Source of the DNA: Mobula birostris
Lineage: Eukaryota
Length of the DNA: 64,000 bases
Direction: 5' to 3'
Assembly: GCF_030028105.1 (NCBI RefSeq)
Contig: NC_092378.1
Location: 19,958,715-20,022,714, forward strand
Shown: one piece after another, positions 63,176 to 64,000 of the stretch
Position numbering within the stretch: position 1 is the stretch's first letter
How the letters are laid out: each line of letters starts with the position of its first letter
Position numbers and translations under genes: made by a program
The notes under the pieces: generated by a model
What the model was told of the DNA's origin: nothing
Database searches by the model: none
Seen by the model: the letters and a program-made list of their open reading frames with translations, nothing else

Positions 63176-64000
63176 CTGTACAGGCTCACTGTTTAAAAAA
63201 TGGCTGTTTTGAAAGAAGGTGATCTATTGAATTAATTGGAACATCTAACCTGGAATGAAACAATTCATAGGATGCTAGTAGTTCTAATAATTCTCACCAT
63301 GAAAAGTCGAAGTGGAATTATATTCAAAAGCAGTACAATGTCTTTGCCAATTAACATTTAATGATTATGAGAACAATTAATGAAACAGTGGACATTAGAA
63401 TATTAATTCCTGTTAAGTGTGCAGACCGGGAGATATAGGTGCCATGCTAAACAATCTGTAGCTTACTGTTAGTTCTTAATGTTGATGAGCGGCTAATAAC
63501 CAAACACTGAAACTTTTTGGTTACTGCAATGATGTGAGAAGCCTCTTGCGTAATGGGGCACAGCAGCTGAATTAAATGTGAATGTCAGATTGTACAATTC
63601 TCAGACCCAGCTGCTGTGATGTCAAGGCAATTCAAAGGAATGGACAATAATGGGCAACCCTGGAGTGATTATGAGGCAGTAATTTCTTTGAGTAGTTCAG
63701 ATAATGTCACAAATCACATGAGCACAGCTCGAGCAGATCAGAACTGTCATCCTACGTTTGAAGTAGCCTCAAAAACACTCCCAGGTAACTCTTTAGGAAC
63801 ATACATTGTGAACTTTATTCCATTTTGGGTCCTTCTTTTTGCTTGCAGCGGCTGTAGCAGTGGACGCCAATGGTAAAATATCCTGGGTGGAAAGTGGACA
63901 GTGGTCTGGTCAGAATTCAGTGGAATTTAAAGAAAACGGTACAAAATGTTGATCAGAGTACATTAGCATTAAAATAAGATTAGACCCCTTACTTCAAGTG

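Overview
Repeat-rich vertebrate genomic DNA, not prokaryotic. The repeat content (CR1 LINEs, HE1/V-SINEs, DeuSINE, Penelope-type mini-elements) points to a cartilaginous fish, probably a ray; this is inference. The only host gene found is the 3' part of ST7 on the minus strand: nine coding exons between 58881 and 34162, all with canonical splice sites and compatible phases, ending in ...SSLWHQLTRI* with poly(A) signals near 33930-33950. Positions 1-33.9 kb are intergenic and hold nested retrotransposons: a near full-length CR1 (19838-24266), an L1-clade LINE with two nested inserts, and many old CR1/Rex1 fragments. Two signals stand out. (1) The CR1 ORF1/ORF2 junction has the architecture of a -1 programmed ribosomal frameshift: U_UUA_AAC directly before the ORF1 stop, ORF2 in the -1 frame, a 16-nt overlap, no AUG ahead of the endonuclease domain, and a G-rich tract 6 nt downstream. 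The same motif survives in a divergent CR1 copy at ~2570. (2) A family of short, TSD-flanked, often fold-back Penelope-type elements carries minimal hammerhead ribozymes, some on both strands and inside ST7 introns. All repeat-family assignments are by eye, and repeat boundaries are approximate unless a TSD is given.
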